From positions 23,298-87,297 of IMG/VR virus record IMGVR_UViG_3300043425_001190: 64,000 bases of DNA, one strand, 5' to 3'. Positions within the stretch are counted from its first letter, which is position 1. Each line of letters opens with the position of its first letter. This DNA comes from a virus. The translations under genes were made by a program, and so were the position numbers. The notes under the pieces are model-generated. The model did no database searches. It saw only the letters and a program-made list of their open reading frames with translations, and was not told the origin of the DNA. Of this stretch, positions 49,428 to 58,478 are shown piece by piece.

Positions 49428-50612
49428 TTAGGTAATGCCGTATTTGGATTTAAACGCGGATACAACGGTAGCCAGGTATGCTTTATCCGGGGTGCCATAG
49501 ACACCGACAGCGCAGGTGTCGTTAGCGTCAAACTGAACCCCACTGGAGTTTCCGCTGCGAACCAGACCGCCGACAGTCAGGCGGTCAATGTCAGTACGAG
49601 GGACGCAGGAGACGGATTCTTCTGCACCACCATCAATGCTGAGGTAGGCCGTGGTCGGTGTGACCCGCAGCAGGTAAAGGTGAAGAGCGCCGGTGGTAGC
49701 GGCGTTGGCAGAGTTGATGTCGTGAAGGGCATTACCCGAGTCGACGAGGTATACTCTCGGCTTATTGCTGTTGAACGCCGAGTCCGGCATGATTGCGTTG
49801 TAGGCGCTACCGTCACTGAACAGGTTCCAAGCCACAGCCATGCCGCTGTCATTCGTAGTTGACTTACAAACGAGCAGTATAGCAAACGAGCGTGAGTTCA
49901 ACGCGGCAAGGAGCGTGGTGTTCGTCCACTGGGTGACCTGACCTGCGCCGTCGTAGGATAGCGATGCGTGCCCGTTGTATGTAGCGCCGGCCGGTGGTGT
50001 CGAGCCGATCTGGGTGGCGGCGGCCCCTGTCGAAGACTGATCCGTGAATCCGGTGTCGCCCTCAATGAGTAACTTGAGCTGTGGGCCGACCAGTGGGAAC
50101 AGTTCGCGGCGTTGAATGTCGGTATCGGGGTAGACGACAGCTGATCCGTTAGACCCGACAGCGGCAGACAGATTGCGACGCTGAATGTCGGTATCCGGGT
50201 AGGTGACGGTGGAACCGTTAGACCCGACAGCGGCAGACAGGTTGCGGCGTTGGATATCTGCGTCTGGGTAGGTGACGGTAGATCCACTCGCTCCAACTGA
50301 CGCCGTCAGGTTGCGGCGTTGGATATCTGCGTCTGGGTAGGTGACGGTAGAACCGCTCGATCCAACAGATGCCACCAGGTTACGGCGCTGAATGTCGGCG
50401 TCTGGGTAGGTGACGGTCGAACCGCTCGATCCAACAGATGCCACCAGGTTACGGCGCTGAATGTCGGCGTCCGGTACCGTGGTTGACCCAGCACCGTTCC
50501 CGACACAGGCAGCGGGGTTGCGGCGCTGAATGTCGGTGTCTACCCACACGACTGAGCCGACTCCCTGGGCGAGCCCGGAGCACAGCATGGCGTGAGTGAG
50601 GAAGGTGCGCAT
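49428..50612 (-). CDS. repeat protein with C-terminal ConA/LamG-like domain
   Basis: 7x DIQRR-containing 23-aa repeats; C-terminal LHLYLLRVTPTTAYLSIDG..LTVGG. Confidence 0.7.
   Translation of the reverse strand: MRTFLTHAMLCSGLAQGVGSVVWVDTDIQRRNPAACVGNGAGSTTVPDADIQRRNLVASVGSSGSTVTYPDADIQRRNLVASVGSSGSTVTYPDADIQRRNLTASVGASGSTVTYPDADIQRRNLSAAVGSNGSTVTYPDTDIQRRNLSAAVGSNGSAVVYPDTDIQRRELFPLVGPQLKLLIEGDTGFTDQSSTGAAATQIGSTPPAGATYNGHASLSYDGAGQVTQWTNTTLLAALNSRSFAILLVCKSTTNDSGMAVAWNLFSDGSAYNAIMPDSAFNSNKPRVYLVDSGNALHDINSANAATTGALHLYLLRVTPTTAYLSIDGGAEESVSCVPRTDIDRLTVGGLVRSGNSSGVQFDANDTCAVGVYGTPDKAYLATVVSAFKSKYGIT
50100..50545. repeat. about 69-bp tandem repeat, 7 units (PDADIQRRNLxAxVGSxGSTVTY)
   Basis: visible in nucleotide and protein sequence. 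Confidence 0.85.
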
Positions 50613-50618
50613 AATTGG

Positions 50619-51533
50619 TTAGCTAGCTTGGTTGAACGTCGGTGCGCCGACGAGTGAGGCGACAAGTGACGATTGGACCGTGAGTGGATCGGTGACGACG
50701 TTATAGCCGTTCTGTGTGACCTTGAAGTCGGCAATGAGCGGGAGTACAGAGACACTGCTTGAGCAGCTTCCGAGGTACCACACGGCATCGGTAGCAGTCT
50801 GCGCCCCGCCAAAGATGTAGTTAGAGCTGGCCCCTGAGGTGACGGACACTCCGTTCATTTCTAGGGTTACGGTCGGGGTGGCAGAGGCGGTAATCGTAAT
50901 CTTGACGGAATACCAACGGCCGCGCACGATACCAAATGCGGAAGAGTTGGAGATCGGCAGTTGCTGGGTGTTTGAGGCGTTCCGCAGGTACAAAGTCACC
51001 GCGTTACCGTTACCAATCTGACTGATTCCAAGGAACAAAGTAGCCATCGCGGCGGTCACGCTAGAGTTGGCGCTACCTTCCGTGGAGGCGACCGCCGTAG
51101 ACAGCGAGGCTGCGGTTCTGCCGAGGAACACATAGCGAAGACCAGCGTCGGCAACCGGGACATAAATGTCGGCTTCGATAACTGTGTCCGCAGTGGCACT
51201 TGAGTTGACAATACCAGCAGTCACAGTGGTGTTGAAGATCAGACCAGAGCTGAGGTTGGCGTGGGCCTTCATCCCTTTCTCTTTGACTGAGATGGTCTGG
51301 TTGATGATGACGTCAGACTGCCCGATCTTGGTGCAGGTGACCTGGACGGAGTAGTCTCGGCAAAGGTAGTTGGTGGCAGCTTTGAACTGCACGTCGTTGC
51401 CCGTTATCTGGAACAGGGAGTTGTCGGCAAATCCGGGGGTGAGCGCGAAGGACCAGCCGTCCGGGACCTCCTCTGTGGTGTTGACGAAGCAGCCGAAGAT
51501 GTTCTGCGCGGCGGTGGTGGAGTAAATGGCCAT
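50619..51533 (-). CDS. cadherin-like plus ConA/LamG-like virion protein
   Basis: ADNSLFQITGNDVQFK..YSVQVT cadherin-like; GRWYSVKITI..LEMNG LamG-like. Confidence 0.6.
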   Translation of the reverse strand: MAIYSTTAAQNIFGCFVNTTEEVPDGWSFALTPGFADNSLFQITGNDVQFKAATNYLCRDYSVQVTCTKIGQSDVIINQTISVKEKGMKAHANLSSGLIFNTTVTAGIVNSSATADTVIEADIYVPVADAGLRYVFLGRTAASLSTAVASTEGSANSSVTAAMATLFLGISQIGNGNAVTLYLRNASNTQQLPISNSSAFGIVRGRWYSVKITITASATPTVTLEMNGVSVTSGASSNYIFGGAQTATDAVWYLGSCSSSVSVLPLIADFKVTQNGYNVVTDPLTVQSSLVASLVGAPTFNQAS

Positions 51534-51545
51534 GGCGGTTGGTCC

Positions 51546-52367
51546 TTATTGCTTGAAGATGAGGATTTCAGTGCCGGACACCCAGAGGAACGCGGCTGCT
51601 TTGTAGGATGGTAGGGAGAATGACGCAGTACCACCCTTCGGGGTCATTGCGACGTCGACGTTTACCGTGATGGCACTTCCGCTGTCGTTGAACACAGTGA
51701 CCTGGGTATTGGCGGTCAGCACGGCGACGGTAGTGGTGCCGTCGACGCCAACTACCTTGCCGGCGTCACCCTGAACCAAGGTATAGGCTCCGGCAGACTT
51801 GCGAGAGTATTCGGCGGCGCGAGGGAGGAAGTCGGCGGCAGCAGCCACCGCAGCGGTGCCGAGCCCCAGGTTGGTGCGGGCGGTAGCGGCGCTAGCGAGG
51901 TCTGAGAGGTTGTTACTAGAGAGGAGGCCGCCGACCAGATTGTGCTCGACGATGAACCAGCTGGTACCGACCGCCGCTTGGGTGCCGCCCGCGTTGATCG
52001 ATTTGGCGACAACGAGGTCACCGATGTCGACGTTGAGACCGCTGGCACCGCCCACCTTACCGGCAGCACTGATCGTCCAGGCCTGGTAGGCGGCGGTAGC
52101 GTTGGGGTAGTTCGGGTTGGCCGAGCAGTCAAGATCACCCATGCCCTTGTAGACACTGGTGATCAAGCCGTCGGCGTAGGTGCGGGTGCAGGCGTCACTG
52201 CCGGCCTGCGGTGCCCCGAGGTTGGTGATGCGGAAGCCACCCCAGTCAGTGTCGACCGCGCCGAGGCCGATGGCTAGGCGCTGGGCGGCAGCACTGGCGG
52301 CTTTGAGAACGGAGCGGCCGGCAGCAGTGTGGCCGACCAGGTCACGGAGTCCTTGGAGGAAACTCAT
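51546..52367 (-). CDS. tail fibre protein
   Basis: RITNLGAPQAGSDACTRTYAD, SNNLSDLASAATARTNLGLGTAA fibre motifs. Confidence 0.75.
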   Translation of the reverse strand: MSFLQGLRDLVGHTAAGRSVLKAASAAAQRLAIGLGAVDTDWGGFRITNLGAPQAGSDACTRTYADGLITSVYKGMGDLDCSANPNYPNATAAYQAWTISAAGKVGGASGLNVDIGDLVVAKSINAGGTQAAVGTSWFIVEHNLVGGLLSSNNLSDLASAATARTNLGLGTAAVAAAADFLPRAAEYSRKSAGAYTLVQGDAGKVVGVDGTTTVAVLTANTQVTVFNDSGSAITVNVDVAMTPKGGTASFSLPSYKAAAFLWVSGTEILIFKQ

Positions 52368-54910
52368 TAGATCACCTCCCAGCGGGTCTTGGCGGAGTTG
52401 TAGCGGAACACGTAGGTGTCTCCCGAGTATGCGGTGAAGGATGCGACGTCCCCGAACACCGTCTGAGCGGCGGTGATGGTGCAGGCGGTGATAACAGGGC
52501 TACCCAGTGCGACAGTGCCGCCGAAGGTGACGCTAACCTCGACCTTATCCTCTGGGGAACTTGGGAGGGTGTAGGTGGCGGAGGCTTGCAGGGATGTGTC
52601 TACACTGCATCGACCTTCAAACAGGTTCTGGTTTCCAACGGCGGTGATGTCGGTATGAGTCATGACACCACGGCTGACCGACCCACCCATGAACACCCAG
52701 GTAGGTGTAGCAGGCCCGACTGCGCAGTACTTCCACTTGAAGACAACGTCCGCGTCCTTGAAGTTGAGGCCGGGTGGAGTCAGGATGGCTGTACCAGCGC
52801 CTGCGTTCAGGGTCAATGCTGTGACACCAAACGCGCCGGTGGAAAGGGTGAACTCCGTACCATCAACCAGAACGGTGGCGGCAGGGAGGTTGACTGTCGC
52901 CGCGTTGAGTTGGCTAGTGCCGCCGAAGTGGACGTGGTTGTCGTTTACCACGAGGTTGATCGTGGTAGCGGTGGCACCAGTGTTGGTGTTGTAGACGTAG
53001 TTGGTGGCGAAACCACGGAGAGCGGTAAGGACGCCGCCCTTACTGATCTTGGCGGAAGCGGTAAGCGAGGTGCCGACGCCGACAGCGAATACCATCTCCA
53101 TCAGCTGCGAAGCGCTGTTCCAGGCGAAGGCTTGGGTGGAGTTAGTGCGGATGGTACCGCCAATGAATGCACCCGCATCACCGCAGAAGAATAGGTCAAC
53201 GAACTTGTTCGCGGTTGTTGCTGCAGAGACGTTGACCAGGGCCAACCCGACGACACCAGAAGCAAGGTTGCCTTTAATCTGGGCTACCGGCGTAGTGTTG
53301 GCAGCTGGGGCTGACTGGATGACGTGGGTACCAGTGCCGGCCGCGTTGCCTAATGTAATGATACCGGAGGTGAGTCCAGGCCCAATATTAATGGCTCCGG
53401 TCGTTTGTGTGCTACTGCCTAGTTGGGTTGTGGCACCAGCGGCAGCGATACCGAAGACAGCGGACGAAGAACTAGTCACCGTTGTGAAGATGACGTTGTT
53501 GTTGCTGATGGTGAAGGTGCCGGTACCAGTGGCGGTCATCGACGTGTTACCGTTGGCACCTGCTGCACGCGTCAGGGAGAAAGTGGCCGAGTTACCGCCG
53601 TTGGAGTAGAAGGCAAGCGATTGACCAACAGCAGAAAATCCCCATTTGTTTACCGATATCTGGCCATCAATTGCGACGCCGTTGTTAAAAAGTTGCGACA
53701 CTGTAATTGGTGTTGTGCCGATGGTGATCGCGGACGTGTTGGTGATGGCAACCTCGGCACCACTGGTATTGGCGTTGCCGTTTGCTTTGGCAACCGCTCG
53801 CATACCTAGAAGAGTGGCACTGGAGTTGGCCCAGGTCGGACGGGTCCAGGCACCAGCAGACGCCAGCCAGAAACCGTTGTTGACGGATCCGGCCCCCTGG
53901 ACAGCGACGAAGATCAGATCGTCCGCCACCGGGGTATAACCGTCAGTCGCGCCGAGCCCGGAAAAACTAGGGGCGGTAATCATGATCATGTCGACAGTGA
54001 CACTCTTGGTGGCCGCCAGCTTGTTGAAACCCTCTACCGATAACAACCCAGACGACGTAACGGTGGCAACACCTACCGGAGCCGATTGCGGGCGTGTCCA
54101 CCTAATATGTAAAACGGTAGCCGACTGGGCCACACCGACAGGTACGTTAAGAGTGCCTGCTGTGTTAGCCATCTGACCAGGGGTATCACTGAGATACATG
54201 GTATCACCGGAGGTTAATCCGGTTGTGATAAACCTGGTTCCGGGCATCTGGTACACAAAGTTATTAACATCGGCAACTGACTTGACAACACCCACCCATT
54301 CTGCGTTTGTGGCGGTGGTGGCGTCAGCCTTTGCATATGTGTCTGCCCCGGTAACTCTAATCCAGTCACCAACAACTAGACCGTGTGATGCCTGGGTAAC
54401 CGGCACCTCACCAAACTCTGTACTATCACCAGCCGACCTCCAAACCACCGACAACGAGTGGTTGTTAGCGTAGTTGGTTGTGCCGCTACCTGTACTTGAG
54501 ATTAAGGAGACCGGAATCGAAAGATATGATCCGTTGGCATGGTCAAAGAATGTCGGGCTACCAGAGATTTGCCATCTCTGTGTGTTTGAGCTGTCGTCTT
54601 TATCACCTATAAACAACGAGTCACCAACAGACATCGACTGTAGAACCGGGTCAATATCTATACCATCAAAAGTGAGGTGATCAATGAAAATAACGGTTGA
54701 ACTAACCTGTGTTGCGTTATTCCATAGGATATAACCATCACCAGGGTCACCAGACGTAGCTGACGTTTTAGCTTTGAATTCAAGGATTTGTGATCCACCA
54801 CCGACATCAACAGACCACGTAGCAACTCCACCAACCACCTTTAAACTGTATCCTTCGGGACCAGGTTTAAAGGTTTTTACGTCTACTGTTTGGATATCTG
54901 CAATACTCAT
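52367..54910 (-). CDS. long tail fibre protein
   Basis: 847 aa; QASHGLVVGDWI..YAKADA, GLTSGDTMYLS, NNGFWLASAGAWTR motifs; late motif TTAAATA at 54930..54936. Confidence 0.75.
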   Translation of the reverse strand: MSIADIQTVDVKTFKPGPEGYSLKVVGGVATWSVDVGGGSQILEFKAKTSATSGDPGDGYILWNNATQVSSTVIFIDHLTFDGIDIDPVLQSMSVGDSLFIGDKDDSSNTQRWQISGSPTFFDHANGSYLSIPVSLISSTGSGTTNYANNHSLSVVWRSAGDSTEFGEVPVTQASHGLVVGDWIRVTGADTYAKADATTATNAEWVGVVKSVADVNNFVYQMPGTRFITTGLTSGDTMYLSDTPGQMANTAGTLNVPVGVAQSATVLHIRWTRPQSAPVGVATVTSSGLLSVEGFNKLAATKSVTVDMIMITAPSFSGLGATDGYTPVADDLIFVAVQGAGSVNNGFWLASAGAWTRPTWANSSATLLGMRAVAKANGNANTSGAEVAITNTSAITIGTTPITVSQLFNNGVAIDGQISVNKWGFSAVGQSLAFYSNGGNSATFSLTRAAGANGNTSMTATGTGTFTISNNNVIFTTVTSSSSAVFGIAAAGATTQLGSSTQTTGAINIGPGLTSGIITLGNAAGTGTHVIQSAPAANTTPVAQIKGNLASGVVGLALVNVSAATTANKFVDLFFCGDAGAFIGGTIRTNSTQAFAWNSASQLMEMVFAVGVGTSLTASAKISKGGVLTALRGFATNYVYNTNTGATATTINLVVNDNHVHFGGTSQLNAATVNLPAATVLVDGTEFTLSTGAFGVTALTLNAGAGTAILTPPGLNFKDADVVFKWKYCAVGPATPTWVFMGGSVSRGVMTHTDITAVGNQNLFEGRCSVDTSLQASATYTLPSSPEDKVEVSVTFGGTVALGSPVITACTITAAQTVFGDVASFTAYSGDTYVFRYNSAKTRWEVI

Positions 54911-54955
54911 GGTGCTGTACTCCAGCCAGTATTTAACACCAAAGTTGGGCTGGTA

Positions 54956-55192
54956 TTATTTCTGAGCGGAGAACAATTTATAAACACCAAATGTCCATAG
55001 GCCGGTGTAGAATATTGCCGTACCAAAAATTCCCCATGAGCTGGACTGGTACGCAGTATATAGCCAAAAAGGTTGAGAGGATAGACCCAAAATCGGGCCT
55101 ACCCTCCTGATCTTCAGGTTTGATGAGAATGAGCAGCACGTTGCCGAAACTGACAGCACAAACAGCAAAACCTGTGATATCAACCCGAACAT
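54956..55192 (-). CDS. small multi-TM membrane protein
   Basis: about three hydrophobic segments, GLSSQPFWLY. Confidence 0.65.
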   Translation of the reverse strand: MFGLISQVLLFVLSVSATCCSFSSNLKIRRVGPILGLSSQPFWLYTAYQSSSWGIFGTAIFYTGLWTFGVYKLFSAQK

Positions 55193-56127
55193 TAAATCAT
55201 GTCCTGGACGGTGGCCTTAATCATATCTTTGTACATTCCCCTGGTTGAAGGGTGACGAATGATCAACTCGGCAATAGCCCGGTCAAGCTCTTTATCCTTG
55301 GCATCTTTACCCTTGTGGTCCTTCGACAGGTAAATGTCGATCACCTTTTTCGGGCCGTCAGCACTGTTGAGGATTTCGTTGGTTGCCGATTCGCGCATCA
55401 TGGCGAATGGGTCTTGTGGTATGGCTGGTTGACTCACAACGGTCACCTTTGGTTCTAATGATTGCTGCTCGGCTTGCGGTTGGGCAACCGGGGGAGTGTA
55501 ATTGATTGGTTTGTTCTTTTTCAGGTAGTGTTCATCTTTGAACAGCTGTATTTTGGCACCGAAAACTCTGAGTTCTTTGTGATACGGCTTCGAACGGATG
55601 ATGGAAAGTAGCTGGGGGTGGATGCCAGACATACCAGGCCCGATGGTGGTGACTACTGGAATATCAACCAATTCGGTTTTGGCGGTTGCACCAACACCAA
55701 CAGTGACCTGTTGCTTTAGGCCAACAAACTCGTTGACGAACTCAAACGAGCTTACCAGGATAATTCTCTGCCCATCTTGTGAACTGATGCCATCGGCAGC
55801 TGCCACCCATCCTTTGATTTTCTCTTGACCATTGTCAATTCCTACGCAGTCCCCAATTCGGAGGACCATTACGCGCTGAGCCGCACCGGAAACATCGTAG
55901 TTGTTGCCTGTGGGATTCTTTTTGTCATGCATTGTTCCCTGTGACAGGGAGATGAACGCACCACCACGACGATATCTTTCATGGTATGGAAGAGAATCCT
56001 GCGAGCAGAAATTTACCCCTTGAACCGGGTATACCTTTTCTGCAGTTACGATGACTGGCATCTGGAGGTTGTCGGCGCCATCGACAATAGATTTATCAGA
56101 ATATCCAACTGTTGTTGGTGCGTGCAT
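55192..56127 (-). CDS. hypothetical protein
   Basis: about 311 aa; ATG 56127 just after the upstream stop. Confidence 0.7.
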   Translation of the reverse strand: MHAPTTVGYSDKSIVDGADNLQMPVIVTAEKVYPVQGVNFCSQDSLPYHERYRRGGAFISLSQGTMHDKKNPTGNNYDVSGAAQRVMVLRIGDCVGIDNGQEKIKGWVAAADGISSQDGQRIILVSSFEFVNEFVGLKQQVTVGVGATAKTELVDIPVVTTIGPGMSGIHPQLLSIIRSKPYHKELRVFGAKIQLFKDEHYLKKNKPINYTPPVAQPQAEQQSLEPKVTVVSQPAIPQDPFAMMRESATNEILNSADGPKKVIDIYLSKDHKGKDAKDKELDRAIAELIIRHPSTRGMYKDMIKATVQDMI

Positions 56128-56131
56128 GATA

Positions 56132-56479
56132 TTATTTCCCAGCTTTTGGTGTTGGTGCCGGTTTAACAGGTTTCGCAGGCTTCGCAGCGGGTTTGTCAGC
56201 CAATGCAACATTGCCATCTCCGGGGGTTTCAGATGCAGCGACGACAGTAGCCATCGGGGTACAGATGTCTTCGAAGGTCTTTTTCAGCTCGTTAACCGAG
56301 TTGTCAACGGCCTCAATGGCGCTCTTATCAACCATCCTCGACTTCATCCAGTTCACGATCTGTGAAATCTCGTTGATCTTATCGGCGACAGCACCAATTT
56401 CAGGTGGCCGTTGAACACCGTAGTTCTCACGGCCGACGAGAGGTTGGATGACGTGGGTTGCCGGGTTGTCAATTTTCAT
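56132..56479 (-). CDS. hypothetical protein (coiled coil, KPA-rich tail)
   Basis: ATGA-coupled to the deaminase; GGAG RBS. Confidence 0.7.
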   Translation of the reverse strand: MKIDNPATHVIQPLVGRENYGVQRPPEIGAVADKINEISQIVNWMKSRMVDKSAIEAVDNSVNELKKTFEDICTPMATVVAASETPGDGNVALADKPAAKPAKPVKPAPTPKAGK

Positions 56480-57405
56480 TTCTTTTTCTCCGTTTTAAAC
56501 AGTCTGAATTTTTGTTCATTTTCCCATGAAAAATCTCTGCCAGTTAACTTAGCGAAAACGTCGCACGCGTTCTTCATGTCCCCACACATAACATCGGCGT
56601 CAGTACACGGAATAACGGTAATTCCGTTGTCTATTAGTGTTGTATATATCTCGGATAGTTGGGTTGGTGTGTAGTGTAGCAGGTTTGACATGGGGCATAA
56701 CTCAAGTACTGTACCATTGATTCTTACGTTTTCAACCATTGGTTGGAATTTTGAAATCATTAATCCATGACCTATTCTGTGTGGTGACAACTGGTCGATA
56801 ATTGACCAAAGATAATCTTCTACTCCTTCGTAGTCAACCTCACCGCAGTGGATAGTAACACCAAGGCCAGCGTCCTTGCATTCGTTTATGGCATCTGAGT
56901 ACTCTTTTGGGTCAAATTGACCAGACCGTTCATCCCCAGCCAAATCTACACCAACAACACCACGGTTTGAATATTTTATCGCTTTTGATAACGTAATGAA
57001 ATTCTTATTTTTAGTGAACTTTCTATCCATACACAAAATTAGACCACCGTCGATACCATAGTAGTCAGCCGCTCGTTCAAACCCATTAATAGCCGACGAG
57101 ATAATTCTATCCATGTCGTTCTCACCGCCGTTTGTCCTCAGCATCGGACAGAATCTTAGCTCCTGATACTTGACTCCAGAACGATACGCCTCGGCAAACA
57201 CCTCAAACACGCTTCGTTCCATCGCGTAGCTGTTGCTCTGTATTTTTTCAACCATTGGATAAGCAGAGAAATACCCATCGTACGAAGAAACAGGTGGCAT
57301 GAAATCATCATATCTTTTGGCCACCTTGTAACCCAACGTACATGCTATTTCCCATAAAACCGACCGTTTAGTAGACCCACCAAGGTGAGCGTGCAAATTT
57401 ATCAT
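56476..57405 (-). CDS. adenosine/AMP deaminase-family metallohydrolase
   Basis: LHAHLGGS, ELRF, GVDLAGDE, TIHCGE, RIGHG, ELCPMSN, CTDAD. Confidence 0.9.
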   Translation of the reverse strand: MINLHAHLGGSTKRSVLWEIACTLGYKVAKRYDDFMPPVSSYDGYFSAYPMVEKIQSNSYAMERSVFEVFAEAYRSGVKYQELRFCPMLRTNGGENDMDRIISSAINGFERAADYYGIDGGLILCMDRKFTKNKNFITLSKAIKYSNRGVVGVDLAGDERSGQFDPKEYSDAINECKDAGLGVTIHCGEVDYEGVEDYLWSIIDQLSPHRIGHGLMISKFQPMVENVRINGTVLELCPMSNLLHYTPTQLSEIYTTLIDNGITVIPCTDADVMCGDMKNACDVFAKLTGRDFSWENEQKFRLFKTEKKK

Positions 57406-57439
57406 ATGTCGCCTTTCTCGGGATTTAGTCAAAATACGA

Positions 57440-57468
57440 AAAAGCCCCAGGTTTCCCTGGGGCTCTTA
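57440..57468 (-). terminator. terminator after HNH gene
   Basis: AGCCCCAGG-loop-CCTGGGGCT followed on minus strand by a T run. Confidence 0.7.
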
Positions 57469-57476
57469 TCAGGCCG

Positions 57477-58349
57477 CTATACCGCCAGGCCAAAAAATTT
57501 TTTGGCCGCACATACGTCGTATACACCAGATTTGTCACTGTTCTCTTCCCACCACATCGGCCTCAGGTTGGTATGGTGGTTAAGGATAACCACAAAACAC
57601 TGAAACTCTTCGTCACTACCGGCTAAGTCCTGCGCCGCTTTGATTGGGATAATATGGTCAAGCACCCACTTACCAATGCCATGTCCGTAATTTTCCAGAG
57701 ACATACCATCGGCAAAAAGCAGAGTAACATATACCAACAACTCAGGCATAGTACAGCCTAGAATATTATGCGTTTTAGCTGGTTTAGAGGAAGACCACAT
57801 GGTGGAACGTTTAAAGGATTGTTTTACAAGACATCGGACGTTTTTTGCAAACCGAAAGTTGGAGTCATTGGCTAATCTGGCTCTCTGGTATTCGGCATCA
57901 CATTCGGCCTTTCTGTCGCGGTTCAACGTTCTATATTCTTTAGACTTCTTGTTTATGGTGTCTTTATTTTTGGTATAGTAGTCTGCATGTTTAGCCTTAA
58001 GCTCATCCTTCTTTAACTGCCACCTCTTTTTATTGGCAGCAGCTATGGCTTCTTTATTGTTCTTTCTCCACTCGGCCCTATCTTTTTTACACTTTTCGAT
58101 GTTGTCTAGGTATCTAACACGGTTACGAGCCGAAACAACCTCTTTGTTGGCGGTTGCATACTCCTTAACTCGTGCCTTAATGTGTTCTCGGTTGGTCAGA
58201 TATTTGTTTTTGGAATACGTTTTTGTACACGCCTGCTCCCAACTTCCCTCCCATGTGATGCCCTTGGCAGCAGTCTCCTTCTTGTTGAAGGCCTTAGGAG
58301 CTACCAACTTGCCATCGATGTAAACACTTTCAGTAAATTCTTCAGACAT
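57477..58349 (-). CDS. HNH homing-endonuclease-like protein
   Basis: K/Y/N-rich helical repeats, ILGCT, ENYG..WVLDHIIP, NHHTNLRPMWWEENSDK. Confidence 0.85.
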   Translation of the reverse strand: MSEEFTESVYIDGKLVAPKAFNKKETAAKGITWEGSWEQACTKTYSKNKYLTNREHIKARVKEYATANKEVVSARNRVRYLDNIEKCKKDRAEWRKNNKEAIAAANKKRWQLKKDELKAKHADYYTKNKDTINKKSKEYRTLNRDRKAECDAEYQRARLANDSNFRFAKNVRCLVKQSFKRSTMWSSSKPAKTHNILGCTMPELLVYVTLLFADGMSLENYGHGIGKWVLDHIIPIKAAQDLAGSDEEFQCFVVILNHHTNLRPMWWEENSDKSGVYDVCAAKKFFGLAV

Positions 58350-58420
58350 CTTCTCACCTCTTTCGTGGGATTGTTTGTTTAGAACGGCACGAGGTTACAA
58401 GCTCTCGTGCCGTTCGCTTA

Positions 58421-58428
58421 TACTTATA
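58421..58428 (-). promoter_or_regulatory. late promoter TATAAGTA for HNH gene
   Basis: immediately downstream of the gp23 terminator. Confidence 0.6.
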
Positions 58429-58429
58429 A

Positions 58430-58461
58430 AAAATCGCCCCGGATTTCTCCGGGGCGATTTT
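58430..58461 (-). terminator. terminator after major capsid gene
   Basis: AAAATCGCCCCGGA-TTTC-TCCGGGGCGATTTT. Confidence 0.85.
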
Positions 58462-58478
58462 ATTCTACGAGCCGTCAA

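Noticed and set aside
50100-50545. 69-bp repeats as a mini-CRISPR or DGR template/variable repeat
   Set aside because: The units are in-frame coding repeats with similar intervening sequence. No reverse transcriptase or cas gene is present, and there is no adenine-specific variation pattern.
46756-54910. invertible tail-fibre shufflon
   Set aside because: All genes are co-oriented, and I saw no recombinase or flanking inverted crossover sites in the window.
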